Assembly: GCA_051313645.2 (NCBI GenBank)
Contig: JBNRSN020000004.1
Coordinates: forward strand, 30,442,001-30,506,000
From: Centroscyllium fabricii
Taxonomy: Eukaryota
Reading direction: 5' to 3'
DNA length: 64,000 bases
Shown: positions 24,965-37,474 of the stretch, piece after piece
How the letters are laid out: each line of letters begins with the position of its first letter
How positions within the stretch are numbered: position 1 is the stretch's first letter
Made by a program: the position numbers and the translations under genes
The notes under the pieces: generated by a model
Seen by the model: the letters and a program-made list of their open reading frames with translations, nothing else
Database searches by the model: none
What the model was told of the DNA's origin: nothing

Positions 24965-25202
24965 AATCCAAAAGTCTTCTATAGGTATATAAATAGTAAA
25001 CGGGTAGTAAGAGGAGGGGTGGGGCTATTTAGGGACCAAAAAGGAGACACACGCATAGAGGATGAGGTACTAAATGAGTACTTTGCATCTGTCTTCACCA
25101 AGGAAGAAGATGCTGCCAGCCAGTGAAGGAGGAGGTACAGGTGATACTGGATGGGGTAGAAATTGATAAAGACGAGGTACTAGAAGGTGCAGAAAAGATT
25201 TA

Positions 25203-26052
25203 CATAGAAACAGAGGATAGGAGCAGGAGTAGGCCATTCGGCCCCTCGAGCCTGCTCCACCATTCAATGGGATCATGGCTGATCATCCAAACCCAGTACC
25301 CTGTCCTTGCCTTCTCCCCATATCCCTTGATCCCTTTAGCCTTCAGGAATATATCCAACTCCTTCTTGAATATATTTAATGACTTGGCCTCCACCGCCTC
25401 CTGTGGTAGAGAATTCCACAGGTTTACCACTCTCTGGGTGAAGAAATTCCTCCTCATCTCTGTCCTAAATGGTCTACCCTTATTCTTAGACTATGACCCC
25501 TGGTTCTGGACTCCCCGGCCATCGGGAACACCCTTCCTGCATCTAGTCTGTCTGGTCCTGTTAAGTTTCAATGAGATCCCCTCTCATTCTTCTAATCTCC
25601 AGCGAGTACAAGCCCAATCGACACAATCTCTCCTCATATGTCATTCCTGCCATCCCAGGTATCAGCCTGGTGAATCTTCACTGCATTCCCTCCATGGCAA
25701 GAACATCCTTCCTTAGATAAGGCGACCAAAACTGCACACAATACTCGGTGTGGTCTCACCAAGGCCCTGTACAACTGCAGCAGGACATCCTTGTTCCTGT
25801 ACTCGAACCCTCTCGCTACGAAGGCCAACATACTATTTGCCCTCTTAACCGCCTGCTGCACTTGCATGCTCACCTTCAGTGACTGGTGCACAAGAACACC
25901 CAGGTCTCGTTGCACTTCCCCTTCTCCTAATCTATTGCCGTTTAGATAATAATCTGCCTTCTTGTTTTTGACACCAAAGTGGATAACCTCGCATTTATCC
26001 ACATTATATTGCATCTGCCATGCTTCTGCCCAATCACCCAACCTGTCCAAAT
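25203..26052 (-). mobile_element. CR1 LINE 3' fragment, same young subfamily as 5925 and 12397
   Basis: WQMQYNVDKCEVIHFG and FFTQRVVNLWNSLP ORFs; shared 3' UTR. Confidence 0.9.
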
Positions 26053-26220
26053 TATTTATGACAATCATCCCAGGGATGAAGGACGTCAGTTACGTGGATA
26101 GTCTGGAGAAGCTGCGGTTGTTCTCCTTAGAGCAGAGCAAATTGAGAGGAGATTTGATAGATGTGTTCAAAATCATGAGGGGTTTGGACAAGAGTAGGTA
26201 AGAGAGAAACGGTTCCCAGT

Positions 26221-26680
26221 GTCAGCCGTGGCTCAGTTGGTAGCACACTCTCCTCGGAGTCAGTAGGTTGTGGGTTCAAGTCCCACTCCAGGGCCATGAG
26301 CAAATAAATCTAGGCCGACATTCCAGTGCAGTGCTGAGGGAGTGATGCGCTGTCGGAGGTGTCGTCTTTCAGATGAGACGTTAAAGCTAGACCCCGTCTG
26401 CTCTCTCAGGGGCATAAAAGATCCCGTGGCTCTATTTCGAAGAAGTGCGGGGGAGTTATCTCTGGTGTCCTGGCTGATGTTTATCCCTCAAATCACATAA
26501 CAAAAATGATCAGATTATCTGGTCATCATCACACTGCTGTTTGTGGGAGCTTGCTGTGCGCAAATTGGCTGCCGTGTTTCCCACATTACAACTGTGACTA
26601 CGCTTAAAAGTGCTTCAGTGGCTGTAAAGCGCTTTGAGATGTCTGGTGGTCGTGAAAGGCGCTATATAAAAGTCTTTCTT
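26221..26680 (+). mobile_element. Full-length Deu-domain tRNA-SINE (SacSINE1-like)
   Basis: gtggctcagttggtagc and gggttcaagtccc boxes; Deu core tgtcggaggtg.cgtctttc.gatgagacgttaaa...aaaagatccc.tggc.ctatttcgaagaag; tail aaaggcgctatataaa. Confidence 0.85.
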
Positions 26681-26819
26681 ATTGGCAGAAGGGTCGAGAG
26701 CCAGAGGACACAGATTTAAGATGATTGGTAGACGAACCAAAGGCGACATGAGGGAAAACTTTTTTGCTCAGCAAGTGGTTAGGATCTGGAATGCAATGCC
26801 TGAAAGGGTGGTGGAGGTG

Positions 26820-28063
26820 TGAAGGAATAAGCCATATTCAGAAAAATACACCATTCTGTGAAATAATTCTGGCCTTTGTAACATGACAAACTGGGCTTGA
26901 AAATCTAAAAACCTAACAATGGAGAAGCTGTGAACAGCATTCAGGCTATTGAGATAAGATAGGTTGTTGACACTGAATCAATAGCCTTATTGAAACAGGA
27001 GGTTGGAGGCTCCTGAAGTCTGCAGCTTTGGAAAGAACACAATGGTATACCCTGTTAAGGTGTCTTAAACCAACACTTCGGAAAGAAACACATAAAATTA
27101 AGAAACATATGCCTTCGTAAAAATGACATCAAATGAAACACAGGAGACGCGAGTCTGTGACAATCAGCTGAGGTAACTAAGAAGACAATGGAGCACCCAG
27201 CTGAGGTGTTTTTAATTTACACTTCGTAAAAAGACACAAACAGAAGACTTTGGTAAGAATGACATCAAATACATTCACCTGCTCCACACCGTTTTTTATG
27301 ATGAGCTTCGAACACCTAGGGTAGAGACATAATTCTTAATGCTACCAGCTGTAAGAATAGCAGGCGACAGCAGAAAAATGACTAGAATTAGCTTACATCA
27401 GCAGAAAACGTCAAAGGAAATACCACTGCAAAAGGGTATAAAAATTGCACTTTCAAATGGGATGATCGACTCGCTTGAAGGGGCAAGGCGATTCTCGGCT
27501 TCAGAGGCAAGCTCTGTCAGTCTACAACTGTGTGTGTGTCTCGGGGATCAACGGTATTGTATTTGACTTTGGTGGATATCCTGGAATAAACAGAGAACTG
27601 CAAAACTAGCGAAGTTAAGATTTGAGAATAAGGATCCCTGATAATAGAATTGTAAACTTTTTGTATTTGGAACTGTTAATGTTGCGATTGAAACACCTAC
27701 TGTAATTACGTCGGTTCTTTAATAAATCTATATATTTTTAGAATTGTCTCACATAGTACTTCTGTATCAAACTCAATCTCTGTACGCTCCTTGGTGAGGA
27801 GTAGCAGAATTCTGAGGGAGTTTTCCAGACCCTCATAATATCTGGAACGTTACTGTCCAGCTAAACTTATTAAGTGTTATCTGGAGGACGGTAACATCTT
27901 CAGGTTGTTCTTTTCCTTTAGGGAGAGAAAGTCTGGACCTTTAGACTCAATTAAGCGCCTTTAGGATTCGGCTACCTCAAACTTTAGTTGAAAGTGAACG
28001 TCTGGGGAATACGCCTGATTCGGGGAAGCCCTAAAGGGGCTAGGACTAGTAATTATCCCTTCA
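26820..28063 (+). mobile_element. Solo LTR, 1,244 bp, with 6-bp TSD
   Basis: GAGGTG|TGAAGGAATAA...TTATCCCTTCA|GAGGTG; TATAAAA near 27436; AATAAA near 27585 and 27721; interrupts a CR1. Confidence 0.82.
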
Positions 28064-28185
28064 GAGGTGGACTCAATCACGCCTTTCAAAAAGGAGTTGG
28101 ATAAGTACCCGAAGGAAACGTTTTTGCAGATCTACGGGGAAAGGGCGGGGGAGTGGGGCTGGCTGAGGTGCTCTTGCAGCGAGCC

Positions 28186-28818
28186 ATAGAAACATAGAAG
28201 ATAGGAGCAGGAGTAGGCCATTCGGCCCCTCGAGCCTGCTCCGCCATTCAATGAGATCATGGCTCATCATCCAAACTCAGTACCCTGTCCCTGCCTTCTC
28301 CCCATATCCCTTGATCCCTTTAGCCTTAAGAAATACATCCAGCTCCTTCTTGAATATATTCAATGAACTAGCCTCCACCGCCCTCTGTGGCAGAGAATTC
28401 CACAGGTTCACCACTCTCTGGGTGAAGAAATTCCTCCTCATCTCTGTCCTAAATGAGTTACCCCTTATCCTTAGACTATGGCCCCTGGTTCTGGACTCTC
28501 CGATCATCAGGAACATTCTTCCTGCATCAAGTTTGTCCAGACCAGTTAGAATTTTATACGTTTCGATGAGATCCCCTCTCAATTTTCTAAATTCCAGAGA
28601 GTACAAACCCAGTCTACCCAGTCTCTCCTCATATGTCATTCCTGCCATCCTAGGTATCAGCCTGGTGAATCTTCTCTGCACTCCCTCCATGGCAAGAACG
28701 TCCTTCCTTAGATAAGGAGACCAAAACTGCACACAGTACTCAAGGTGTGGTCTCACCAAGGCCCTGTACAACTGTAGCAAGACTTCCCTGTTCCTGTACT
28801 TGAACCCTTTCGCTATGA
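28186..28818 (-). mobile_element. CR1 LINE 3' fragment
   Basis: 190-aa ORF with LYRALVRPHLEYCVQFWSP. Confidence 0.9.
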
Positions 28819-29717
28819 GCCGGCACGGGTGCGACTGGTCTTCTTCCATGCTGTAACCATTTCTATGATGAGTCCGGCCTACCTCAGGCAGGTGTCTCTA
28901 GGAAAAATGGCGACATGACAGCGAGTCCACCACCTCCCTTTTATCTCTGCCAACGGCCCCTTTCCACCGGGCAGAGGAAGTTAAAATTGCCCCCAGTCAA
29001 TAACCTATAACTGTTGACACTCACCCTACGACTGTTTTGTGTTACAGTCATACTGTAACTAGATAATTAGTTTGGGTCTTAGCACTGGATTCATACAGCA
29101 TAAGTTTAACGCTGGTGCAAAGTAGAAACCACTTTACACCGATGCTAAACTAGTGTAAATGCTCCCCAAGTTGCTTCATTCCAGGACTGAATTGAGAATC
29201 TCATTCCAAAATAAGTATTTTCTGTTTACTTCATTGATATTCACTGAAGCAAATACATTCACTTCTACCTCAAGTGTTTAGAATTGTTTTCCCTAAACCC
29301 TTTGTTGCTCAAATAACAACTTGTAATGAAAGCTGGAATTAGCTATTTCATTTCATTTGCCAATTTTGTTTAAACTGTAGAATTGTACATCAACTGGAAT
29401 CCTATATTGTACAGGTTAAATAAAAAAAGTTTCTCACATTATGTTGTAGCACATTGCTTCAAGGTCAGGGGCAGCACCAGGGAGAGAAAATGAAAGAATG
29501 AAGCAAAAGAATAGCAGAAATAATGAAAGCGAACAGAAGGCGAATCAAACAGAACAGGTAAAGAGACCGAGAAGGAAAAAAATAATAAAAAGACGACAGG
29601 GCAGTAGTCTCAAGTCGGAAGGGACACTCGTCAATCTATACAAATCGAGGCCCCAACAGCTAAACTTTACCCCCAATTATTGCTAGATCCTAGGGCTTGT
29701 TTGTAGGCACTGTACAG

Positions 29718-30208
29718 CCTAGGGGTCACAGTCTAAGGATAAGGGGTAAGCCATTTAGGACTGAGATGAGGATGAATTTCTTCACCCAGAGAGTGGCGAA
29801 CCTGTGGAATTCTCTACCACAGGAGGCCAATTCATTAAATATATTCAAGAAGGAGTTGGGTGTATTTCTTAAGGCTAAAGGGATCAAGGGACGGCGGCAC
29901 GATGGCACAGTGGTTAGCACTGTTGTCTCACAGCACTGGAGACTGAGATGAGGAGGAACTTCTTCACCCAGAGAGTGGTGAATCTGTGGAATTCTCTGCC
30001 ACAGAAGATTGTTGAGGCCAGTTCGCTAAATATATTCAAAAGGGAGTTAGATATAATACTCACAAGTAGGGGGATCAAGGGATATGGCTAGAAAGCAGGA
30101 ATGGGGTACTGAGGTAGCATGTTCAGCCATGAACGCATTGAATGGCGGTGCAGGCTCGAAGGACCGAATGGTCTACTCCTGCACCTATTTTCTATGTTTC
30201 TATGTTTC
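29718..30208 (+). mobile_element. Two tandem CR1 3' fragments joined by an HE1 SINE head (29891-29943)
   Basis: Duplicated gactgagatgagga..aa.ttcttcacccagagagtgg segment with ggcggcacgatggcacagtggttagcactg between the copies. Confidence 0.75.
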
Positions 30209-30606
30209 CGGACTCAACGTTGAGTTCAACAATTTGAAATCATAATCTCTGCCCCTATTGTTTTGGACAGCAGCTGTTACTGATGATTCTGATATTCCCA
30301 TTTACACCTCTACTGTTTCTTCACTTGTCCCATTACCATCGCCTTTCACTTTGCACCATCATCCTTTTTGTTATTTAATCTCTCCAGCCTTCCATCCTAT
30401 CACAGACATTCCCTTTTGTTCTCCCTCCCTTGCCCTTCCCCCCCTTCTATTTGCTTAAAATCTGCTACATCTCTAACTTTTTACAATTCTGACGAAGGGT
30501 CAACGACCTGAAACGTCAACTGTTGCTCTCTCTACAGATGCTGCCCGGCCTGTTGAGTATTTCGAGCATTTTCTGTTTTTATTTCAGATTTCCAGCATCA
30601 GCAGTA
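30209..30606 (+). mobile_element. Penelope-like element 3' remnant with hammerhead motif; a related remnant is at about 61010-61195
   Basis: ggactcaacgttgagttcaacaattt (GLNVEFNN, end of the GIY-YIG ORF), then ctgacgaagggtcaacgacctgaaacgtc and the acagatgctgcc...ttccagcat tail. Confidence 0.7.
30485..30521 (+). ncRNA. Minimal type-I hammerhead ribozyme motif
   Basis: AAUU-CUGACGA-A-GGGUC-AAC-GACCU-GAAA-CG-UC/AACU: intact core, stem II and palindromic stem III. Confidence 0.7.
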
Positions 30607-31071
30607 CAGGTTGAGCACCGTTAATCCGGACACCGTTTATCCGGCAACTTCAAACGTCCGGCACGAATCTGGCCGACTGGTGCGCGCATGCGCAAAATGG
30701 CCGCCGTGCGTGGCTACGCATGCCCAGGCCTCTCCCCGACTGGTCTGCGCATGCGCAAAATGGCCGCCGTGCGTGACTGCACATGCCCAGGCCTCTGCCA
30801 GACTGCCCTGCACATGCACAAAAATCGCCACCGCGCGTGGCTGCGCATGCCCGGGCCTCCCCGATTGGTCTGCGCATGCGCAATATGGCCACCGCGCTTG
30901 GCTGTGCATGCCCGGGCCTCTCGGCGAGCTCATGCGCAGACCATTCAAAATTAGCGGTGGCCATTTTGAATGGTCTGCGCATGCGCTCGGCGAACTTCAA
31001 TCATTCGGGATTTTTCAAAAATTCGGCACGGTCCTCGTCCCGACCGAATCAAATTAACGGTGCTCAATCGG
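30607..31071. mobile_element. Tigger/pogo-like MITE, copy 4
   Basis: TA|CAGGTTGAGCACCGTTAAT...ATTAACGGTGCTCAATCGG|TA; internal ~64-bp repeats with GCGCATGCGC and AAAATGGCCGCC. Confidence 0.85.
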
Positions 31072-31485
31072 TATTTCGATTTTGTCTGGTCTGTAGTTAT
31101 TCACTGGGTCCAAACAGGAGTTCAATTTGTGCAGCGTTTAGATTTCCTTAGCTGATTCACACAAGCTATTTCTGAGACAGGTCTCTATGCACTTAATTTT
31201 TTTTTTTTTTTTAATTCCTCCTTTCCTGAAAGTGGCAGTAATATTGCAGTTTTAAATCTTACTATAACTTGGATAAAACATTTTCCTGTATTCAACACAT
31301 AGCAAGAAAATGTGAAAACAATTTAATTGCATGTACACAGGCAAACCGGTGGGTAAAAAAGTGCTCATGTAACAAAGAAGTCTGATCATGATGTGGAAGT
31401 ACGACGCTAAAGTAAAACAATCAATTTTTCTCTCCCACACGGAGATGAACCAGCAAAATAAAAATGACCAGATCGCTGTTTACAC

Positions 31486-31821
31486 CAGTGGTCCCCAACC
31501 GCCGGTCCGCAAACCGGTGCCGGTCCGCGGGACATTCTTACCGGGCCGCGGAAGGGTCTGTGCCTCGGCGCATGCGCAGATCATTCGCCGACGGAAGACG
31601 TTGAATGAGGGACAGACGTAAGACACCCCGCCCCCGGTCAGTGGAAAAAACTCCGCCAGCACCCCCCCCCCCCCTCGGGTCAGTGGAAAAAAACTCCGCC
31701 AGCACCCCCCCCTCCCCTCGGGTCAGTGGAAAAAAACTCCGCCAGCACCCCCCCCCCCGGTCTGTGAAAAAATTGACAAGTCCAAAATGGGCCGCGGTCC
31801 AAAAAAGGTTGGGGACCCCTG
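31486..31821. mobile_element. hAT-Charlie-like MITE
   Basis: TIR CAGTGGTCCCCAACC / GGTTGGGGACCCCTG; perfect 8-bp TSD GTTTACAC; internal ~42-bp C-tract repeats. Confidence 0.92.
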
Positions 31822-31938
31822 GTTTACACCTAAGTATTTTTGCGCATTGATGCATCATTAAATCCATCATTCACAACATTAACTTCCAGTACTGATCACT
31901 ACAAAAATGAATCAAGGGTAACTTATGTCTGAACTCAC

Positions 31939-33800
31939 CAATGTTGGGAAAGAAGGAATCAGTGGACCGGTGACGTATCATGGCCTGCATTTGTCGTTGC
32001 TGTTGCTGCTCCTGCCTTTCCTGTTCCAAAAGGTCCTGTAAAAGGAGGGGTTGCTCTTCCAAAAGCAGGGGTCGCTCACGCTGACCCTGAGGACCCATTG
32101 TCTGAGGAAGCAGAATTTGTGGTGCGCTGGACAAATTACTAGGACCTGGTTGGTTTGCCACAGCCACATTTTGACTTGGTGGTTGCCCTGCCGTGTAATT
32201 CTGGCTCGGTGGCTGCACTTGGAAAAAGGTCTGATTTGCTGGCGGGCCCTGCGAAAAGCTACGGTTTAACCTTTGCCCCATCTGCAAGTTTTGATTTATT
32301 GCGTTCTCGGTCATTTGTCCTGGGGAGATTGCCACATTAGGAGATTGTGGGATACCTGCATTCGGATGTGGCTGAGGTGATGTCACAATCTGGGAAGGTG
32401 AGCCCAGTGATGCAAGTCCAGAATTAGTTGACTTCTCAGTTAACAAACTTGAAAGGACTGGAGTAGAACCAGTTAGATTGCATGAATTGCTTCCTATCGA
32501 GATAGACGTTTGGGTAGAAGATTGAGAATCACTGAAACCTGGGCTAGCCCCCGTAGATTCATGGTTACTGTCGACTCTTTCATCTTCCTTTGCCACTTCC
32601 AGTTCTCCGCCGATACAAGAGTTAGAAGAGGGTGCACTATCTGTTACCATATCTTGTGTCTCGGTCTCAGCTGTACCTGCACTGTAAGGAGCATCGTGAT
32701 TACCATCATTGGCACCAGTTTCAGATTTTACAGAATTCTTCGATTCTTTCGGACTACTTTCAATGGATCCTTCGCTCGGTAATGCAGTTTCTTCATTTTC
32801 AGGGAAACTACCAGATAGTTCTCCTGCTTTGGCTACCTGGTCACATTTTATTTCTTCAGTCTTGCTGTGTTCATCCAATTTATCATTTATCGGATCATTC
32901 AGCTCTAATTCTTCATTAAACATGTCCTTCTTGTCACCCAGATCAAGCTCAGGGTCTGTATAAGCAATAAGGTCAAACTCCCCTGATTTTAACAGGTCAT
33001 CCAACTGCGGGTCATTTGTTTCTATATTGTCCAAATTATCTAAATCAGGATCACCTTTTCCATCTACTTGATCCAAATTTAAATTTTCCAAATCTTCATC
33101 ATCCAAGTCTTTAACTTCGAGGTCTCGCACTCCATCAAGGTCCTTAACATCAAGATCTTTCACTGAAGGATCATCAGGATCAAGTTTCTCTACCATACCG
33201 CCGCCTTGTGTAGACGCACTGGCAGACAAGGAGGCTGTTGATGAAAAAGCCTCACTGGCAGGTGGATTGCTCAATGAACGGGAAAGAGGCATGGCTGGAT
33301 GATTTATATGCATCTGCTGCTGTTGGTGTGGATTAAGTTGCTCTAAGTTACTACAATTTTCCATTTGATTACGTATGCTTTGTTGTTGATTTAACACCAA
33401 GTCCAATGGCTTTTGTCCTCGACTTGGAGAGAAAGCACCCTGTCCCGGTATGAACTCCCCAGGTCTTTGCTGCTGGCTAGCTGGATCTAAGCCACTAGTA
33501 GAAGGTACCAAGGATGCAAAAGGAAGCCGTGGCCTATTTTCTGGTATCCTGTGCCGAAGTTCTATGAATGGTTGACCCAAAATATTGTGTTGCTGCATTT
33601 GCATACCCTGAGGAGGAAAATGTTGAGGGATAATCACGCCATTGTTCACCTGTGGGTTGTTTAATGACCTGGTAAAGTCCACAGACAGTGATCTCCTTAG
33701 CTGCTGTGGAAGGCCGGGAACATGTGTCTGCATCTGACGTTGCCCAAGGAAGTGTTCCTGACTTGCAAATGGTCTCTGCCCATTTCCTACAAAAGAATAC
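31939..33800 (-). CDS. KMT2C: KMT2C large exon (1,862 nt): YSFVGNGQ...LDDLLKSGEFDLIAYTDPELD...RPLLLEEQPLLLQDLLEQERQEQ...FFPNI
   Basis: 620-aa ORF in the track, ttctAG acceptor, GTGAGT donor. LxxLL motifs LDDLL and LQDLL. Confidence 0.97.
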
Positions 33801-34039
33801 CTAGAAGAAAGAAGGAGGATTTAACATGCAACACCAAGTAACTCAACACGCCCTAAAATGTCAATGACCGAGTTAGTTCGTATTGGTCTACATGCTTAAA
33901 ACAGAAGAGTTTACCACTGTTGTAGGAATCAGACAACATGTAGAAGGACGGGCACTTACCTACAAGTATTTGCTTTGTAGCCAACATTTATCTAACTGTA
34001 TCAAGGTTTAGATCATGAAATATCAGGAATGGCAAAATA

Positions 34040-34775
34040 TCAATGGAATACACAATTAATGGTAAGACCCTAGGAAAGACAGAGGATCAGAGGGACCTTG
34101 GTGTGCATGTACATAGATCCCTGAAGGATAAGGTGGTTAAAAAGGCATATGGGATACTTGCCTTCATTAGCCGAGGCATAGAATATAAGAGCAGGGAGGT
34201 TATGATGGAGCTGTGCAAAACGCTGGTAAGGCCACAGCTGGAGTACTGTGTGCAGTTCTTGTCACCGCACCATAGGAAGGATGTGATTGCTTTGGAGAGG
34301 GTGCCGAGGAGATTCACCAGAATGTTACCTGGGCTGGAGCGCTTCAGCTATGAAGAAAGACTGGACAGGCTGGGGTTGTTTTCCTTGGAGCAGAGAAGGC
34401 TGAGGGGGGACCTGATTGAGGTGTACAAAATTATGAGGGGCATAGATAGGGTAGATAGAAAGGAACTTTTTCCCTTAGTAGAGGGGTCAATAACAAGGGA
34501 GCAGAGTTTCAAGGTAAGGGGCAGGAGGTTTAGAGGGGATGTGAGGAAGAACTTTTTCATCCAGAGGGTGGTTGGAATCTGGAACTCACTGCCTGAAAGG
34601 GTGGTAGAGGCAGGAACCCTCACTACATTCAAGAAGCATTTAGATGAGCACTTGAAATGCCATAGCATACAAGGCTACGGACCAAATGCTGGAAAATGGG
34701 ATTAGAATAGACAGGGTTTGATGGCCAGCATGGACGCAATGGGCCTCTTTCTGTGCTGTATAACGCTATGACTAT
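34040..34775 (+). mobile_element. CR1 LINE 3' fragment
   Basis: 220-aa ORF ending IQGYGPNAGKWD. Confidence 0.92.
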
Positions 34776-34989
34776 CAGTCAAGACTCATTGTTGTAATAA
34801 TTCAAATCAAATAAGGTATTTTCAAAGCCCCATATTTATTCAAAATGCTTTTTAAGTTGTTTTATAGTAATCAACTGATATTATATAATCAATATTAGTT
34901 TTGATTAATCTAACTTCCTAAACAAAAATAAAGATAATTGGTCTGAACCTTGGAAAGTTTAAGGTTTGTGTTAAGGAAATAACATTTAC

Positions 34990-35315
34990 CTTAAACCTTG
35001 GGGTCTCATGACCATCCTGGTAACATCTCCAGAAAATTGCGGTCTGTTAAATTGACCATCAGTTATGAAACGACCACGTGGTTCATTTGCGAAAGGGCCT
35101 GGAAATCTTTGACCAGCAAGAGGAATTCTCACGATGCCCGGGTAAGGCGGAGGCGGCCTGCCAAATAGTTCATTTTGACGTTTTAAATCCTCCTGTGGCC
35201 AGTGCCTAAGTGGTGTTGCTGCAGATGTCGTTGCTTGATCTTGCAGGCCTTTTTCCTGACGGACTGCATTCTTCTGCTGCTGCTGTCGAAGAATCAGTTC
35301 CCGTAATCTCAGTCT
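34990..35315 (-). CDS. KMT2C: KMT2C exon: RLRLRELILRQQQQKNAVRQEKG...FGRPPPPYPG...RPQGL(R)
   Basis: ttgttAG acceptor, GTAAAT donor, 326 nt. Contains LRELIL and PPPPYPG motifs of KMT2C. Confidence 0.93.
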
Positions 35316-35614
35316 CTAACAAATTAAGAGTTCTTATTACAAACCATTTCACTGCAGATGCAAACAATTAATTTATTATCCTATTTTACACATTAAGACA
35401 ATTCTTTATTGTTCTCCAACTGTTGAACATTTAGAAGTACAAATAATCAACCTGTCTACAGAGTCTACTAGAAATTAATATAAATGATACAGAATGGTTC
35501 ATGGAAAAAAACCACAATTAATTTATCATGTTCAGAATTGAGCTAGTAAGTAAGCCCACTCGTAAGCCACAAATTCCAATTATGTAGTCTAGATTTCCCA
35601 AATCTTAAATTATT

Positions 35615-36240
35615 GGGCCAGAAATTCGGGTTTGCCGGTTGGTGGGCAACTAGGACCATGCGGAGCACTTAAGAAGCCCACCAACATCGGACTTTTTTTA
35701 TGCTCTGGATTTCTGATCGGCTCCGCCCCCTTCATGCGCAACGTGGCAGTCCAGCCACGCTAGGTGCGCAGTGTATGCCCCGCCCACAGATCCCAAATTT
35801 AAATAAAAAACACCCCCAGATCCCTAATTTAAATAAAAAAATGCACACAGATCCCGAGTCGGACCTTTGAGAGAGCAGGGACGTGCGGAGCTGCACTCAC
35901 AGACTCGGCGGGGAGCAGCGCGAGCACAGCAGCTTCTCAGAGGAAGAAACGCTAGGTAAGTCTCTGCCATTTTTTATCTTAGATTTTTTAATAGCTAGAT
36001 AGTTAAAAATTTCAGAAATTTAACTTTAAAAATTAGCGATTTGAAACAGGTAAATTAACTTAAAATCGGATTTGTAAAATTAAAAAAAACTAACTTAATC
36101 ACAGAAAAAAAAGCACCCTTTTGGAGCCCAAATTCTGGGTGCAACTCACTCGTGCGTTTGATGCTGAGGGCCCTTCTCCCTCAGCATTGGAAATCTCGGA
36201 TCCGTGGGCATCTGCTTTGAGGCACCTGAAATTCTGGCCC
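35615..36240. mobile_element. Harbinger-like MITE A
   Basis: TIR GGGCCAGAAATT / AAATTCTGGCCC; flanks ATT/AAT; core shared with 57759-58599. Confidence 0.7.
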
Positions 36241-36794
36241 AATGTTTAATTTATTTTTATTGGGATCATCAAAACAGCATACCCAAAGACAAGGATATTT
36301 ATCAAAGAAATATGCCCCTGGTGGTTTCTGGGAGCACAGAAAGCCAATGGCAAATCATACTGGATTATTCAGGTATATGAGAAATTCCTAATCCATAAAC
36401 CGTGTTCCAATAATCTTGGTTCACCAACTGCGGTTAACTTTGCACTCGACTTCCTGGCCACAAAGTACAGCATTCCACATGAGAACACAGTCAGGAAAAC
36501 AATTTTTCTATAAGAAGAATTGTTTTCCTGTACTTTCTCAACTGCCGTTTATGATGTCCTTTTCGGCTTCGTACAGAATGTTAAATACAGCTGCAACAGC
36601 TGTTCTGACGCTGACAAACATGTAGGTCACTCATTAAGGCTCAGCTTGAGATTGACAGCCAAGTCACATCTTTCAAATGCTGAAGAGTGCACTGCTGCAA
36701 AGAGCCAGCTATCCTGATCAACGCTACTGGTCTAAATACTTTGTGCAAGAAGTCACACAACACCAGATAATAGTCCAACGGTTTTATTTTAAAT

Positions 36795-36830
36795 CACAAG
36801 CTTTCGGAGCGTCTGCCCCTTCGTCAGGTG
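36795..36830 (-). ncRNA. Minimal hammerhead ribozyme motif, sense to the KMT2C pre-mRNA
   Basis: CAC-CUGACGA-A-GGGGC-AGAC-GCUCC-GAAA-GC-UU/GUG. Confidence 0.7.
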
Positions 36831-37474
36831 GACAGAGACAGACTGACTTAAAGATCACATATCGGAGGAAGGGAGAAATCCGATCTCTTCCACATCTCAC
36901 CCTAGAGACAGAGAGCACACAAAGGCATATTAGCATATTTTAACACCTCAGTCTGCGAGCAATGAGGCACAGTCGCAAGGGGGGTCAAATGCTGCAAAAC
37001 ACACAGAATGATTTAAAAAAGGGAATTTCCTTACAAGACAAAAATGTCCCTAGTCCGGATGACTACGTCAGGCGGGACATCAAAGCAGTCCAAGATTTTC
37101 CAACATATCAAAAGGGTGCAGTCACAGGGTCAAATGTTAGTCTGCTGTAAATCCCACAGAATGATTTTTTTAAATAAAAACCATGATTTTTCTTACTTAA
37201 AATCGCAGAACAAGCCGAAGATGGTTCGAGTCTGGATGACTCTACGTCAGGCAGGGTCACATGTAGCGTGACATAAACCCAATATCACGGTTGAGGCCGT
37301 GCTCATGGGTGCGGAATTTGGCAATCAGCCTCTGCTCGACGATTTTGCGTTGTCGTGTATCTCGAAGGCCACCCTGGAGAATGCTCACCCGAAGATCGGA
37401 AGCTGAATGTCCTTGACCGCTGAAATGTTCCCCGACTGGGAGGGAACACTCCTGCCTGTCTTTCTGTCTCTGTC

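Larger units (their letters stand above)
24965..28185 (+). mobile_element. Fragmented CR1 host element carrying nested insertions
   Basis: CR1 ORF2 pieces at about 24965-25200, 26055-26219, 26681-26819 and 28064-28185; the last three are colinear once insertions are removed. Confidence 0.7.

Noticed and set aside
26221-26292. tRNA genes (also at 19424, 24585, 53353, 54837)
   Set aside because: A/B boxes are SINE heads followed by V or Deu cores and LINE tails; no convincing cloverleaf.
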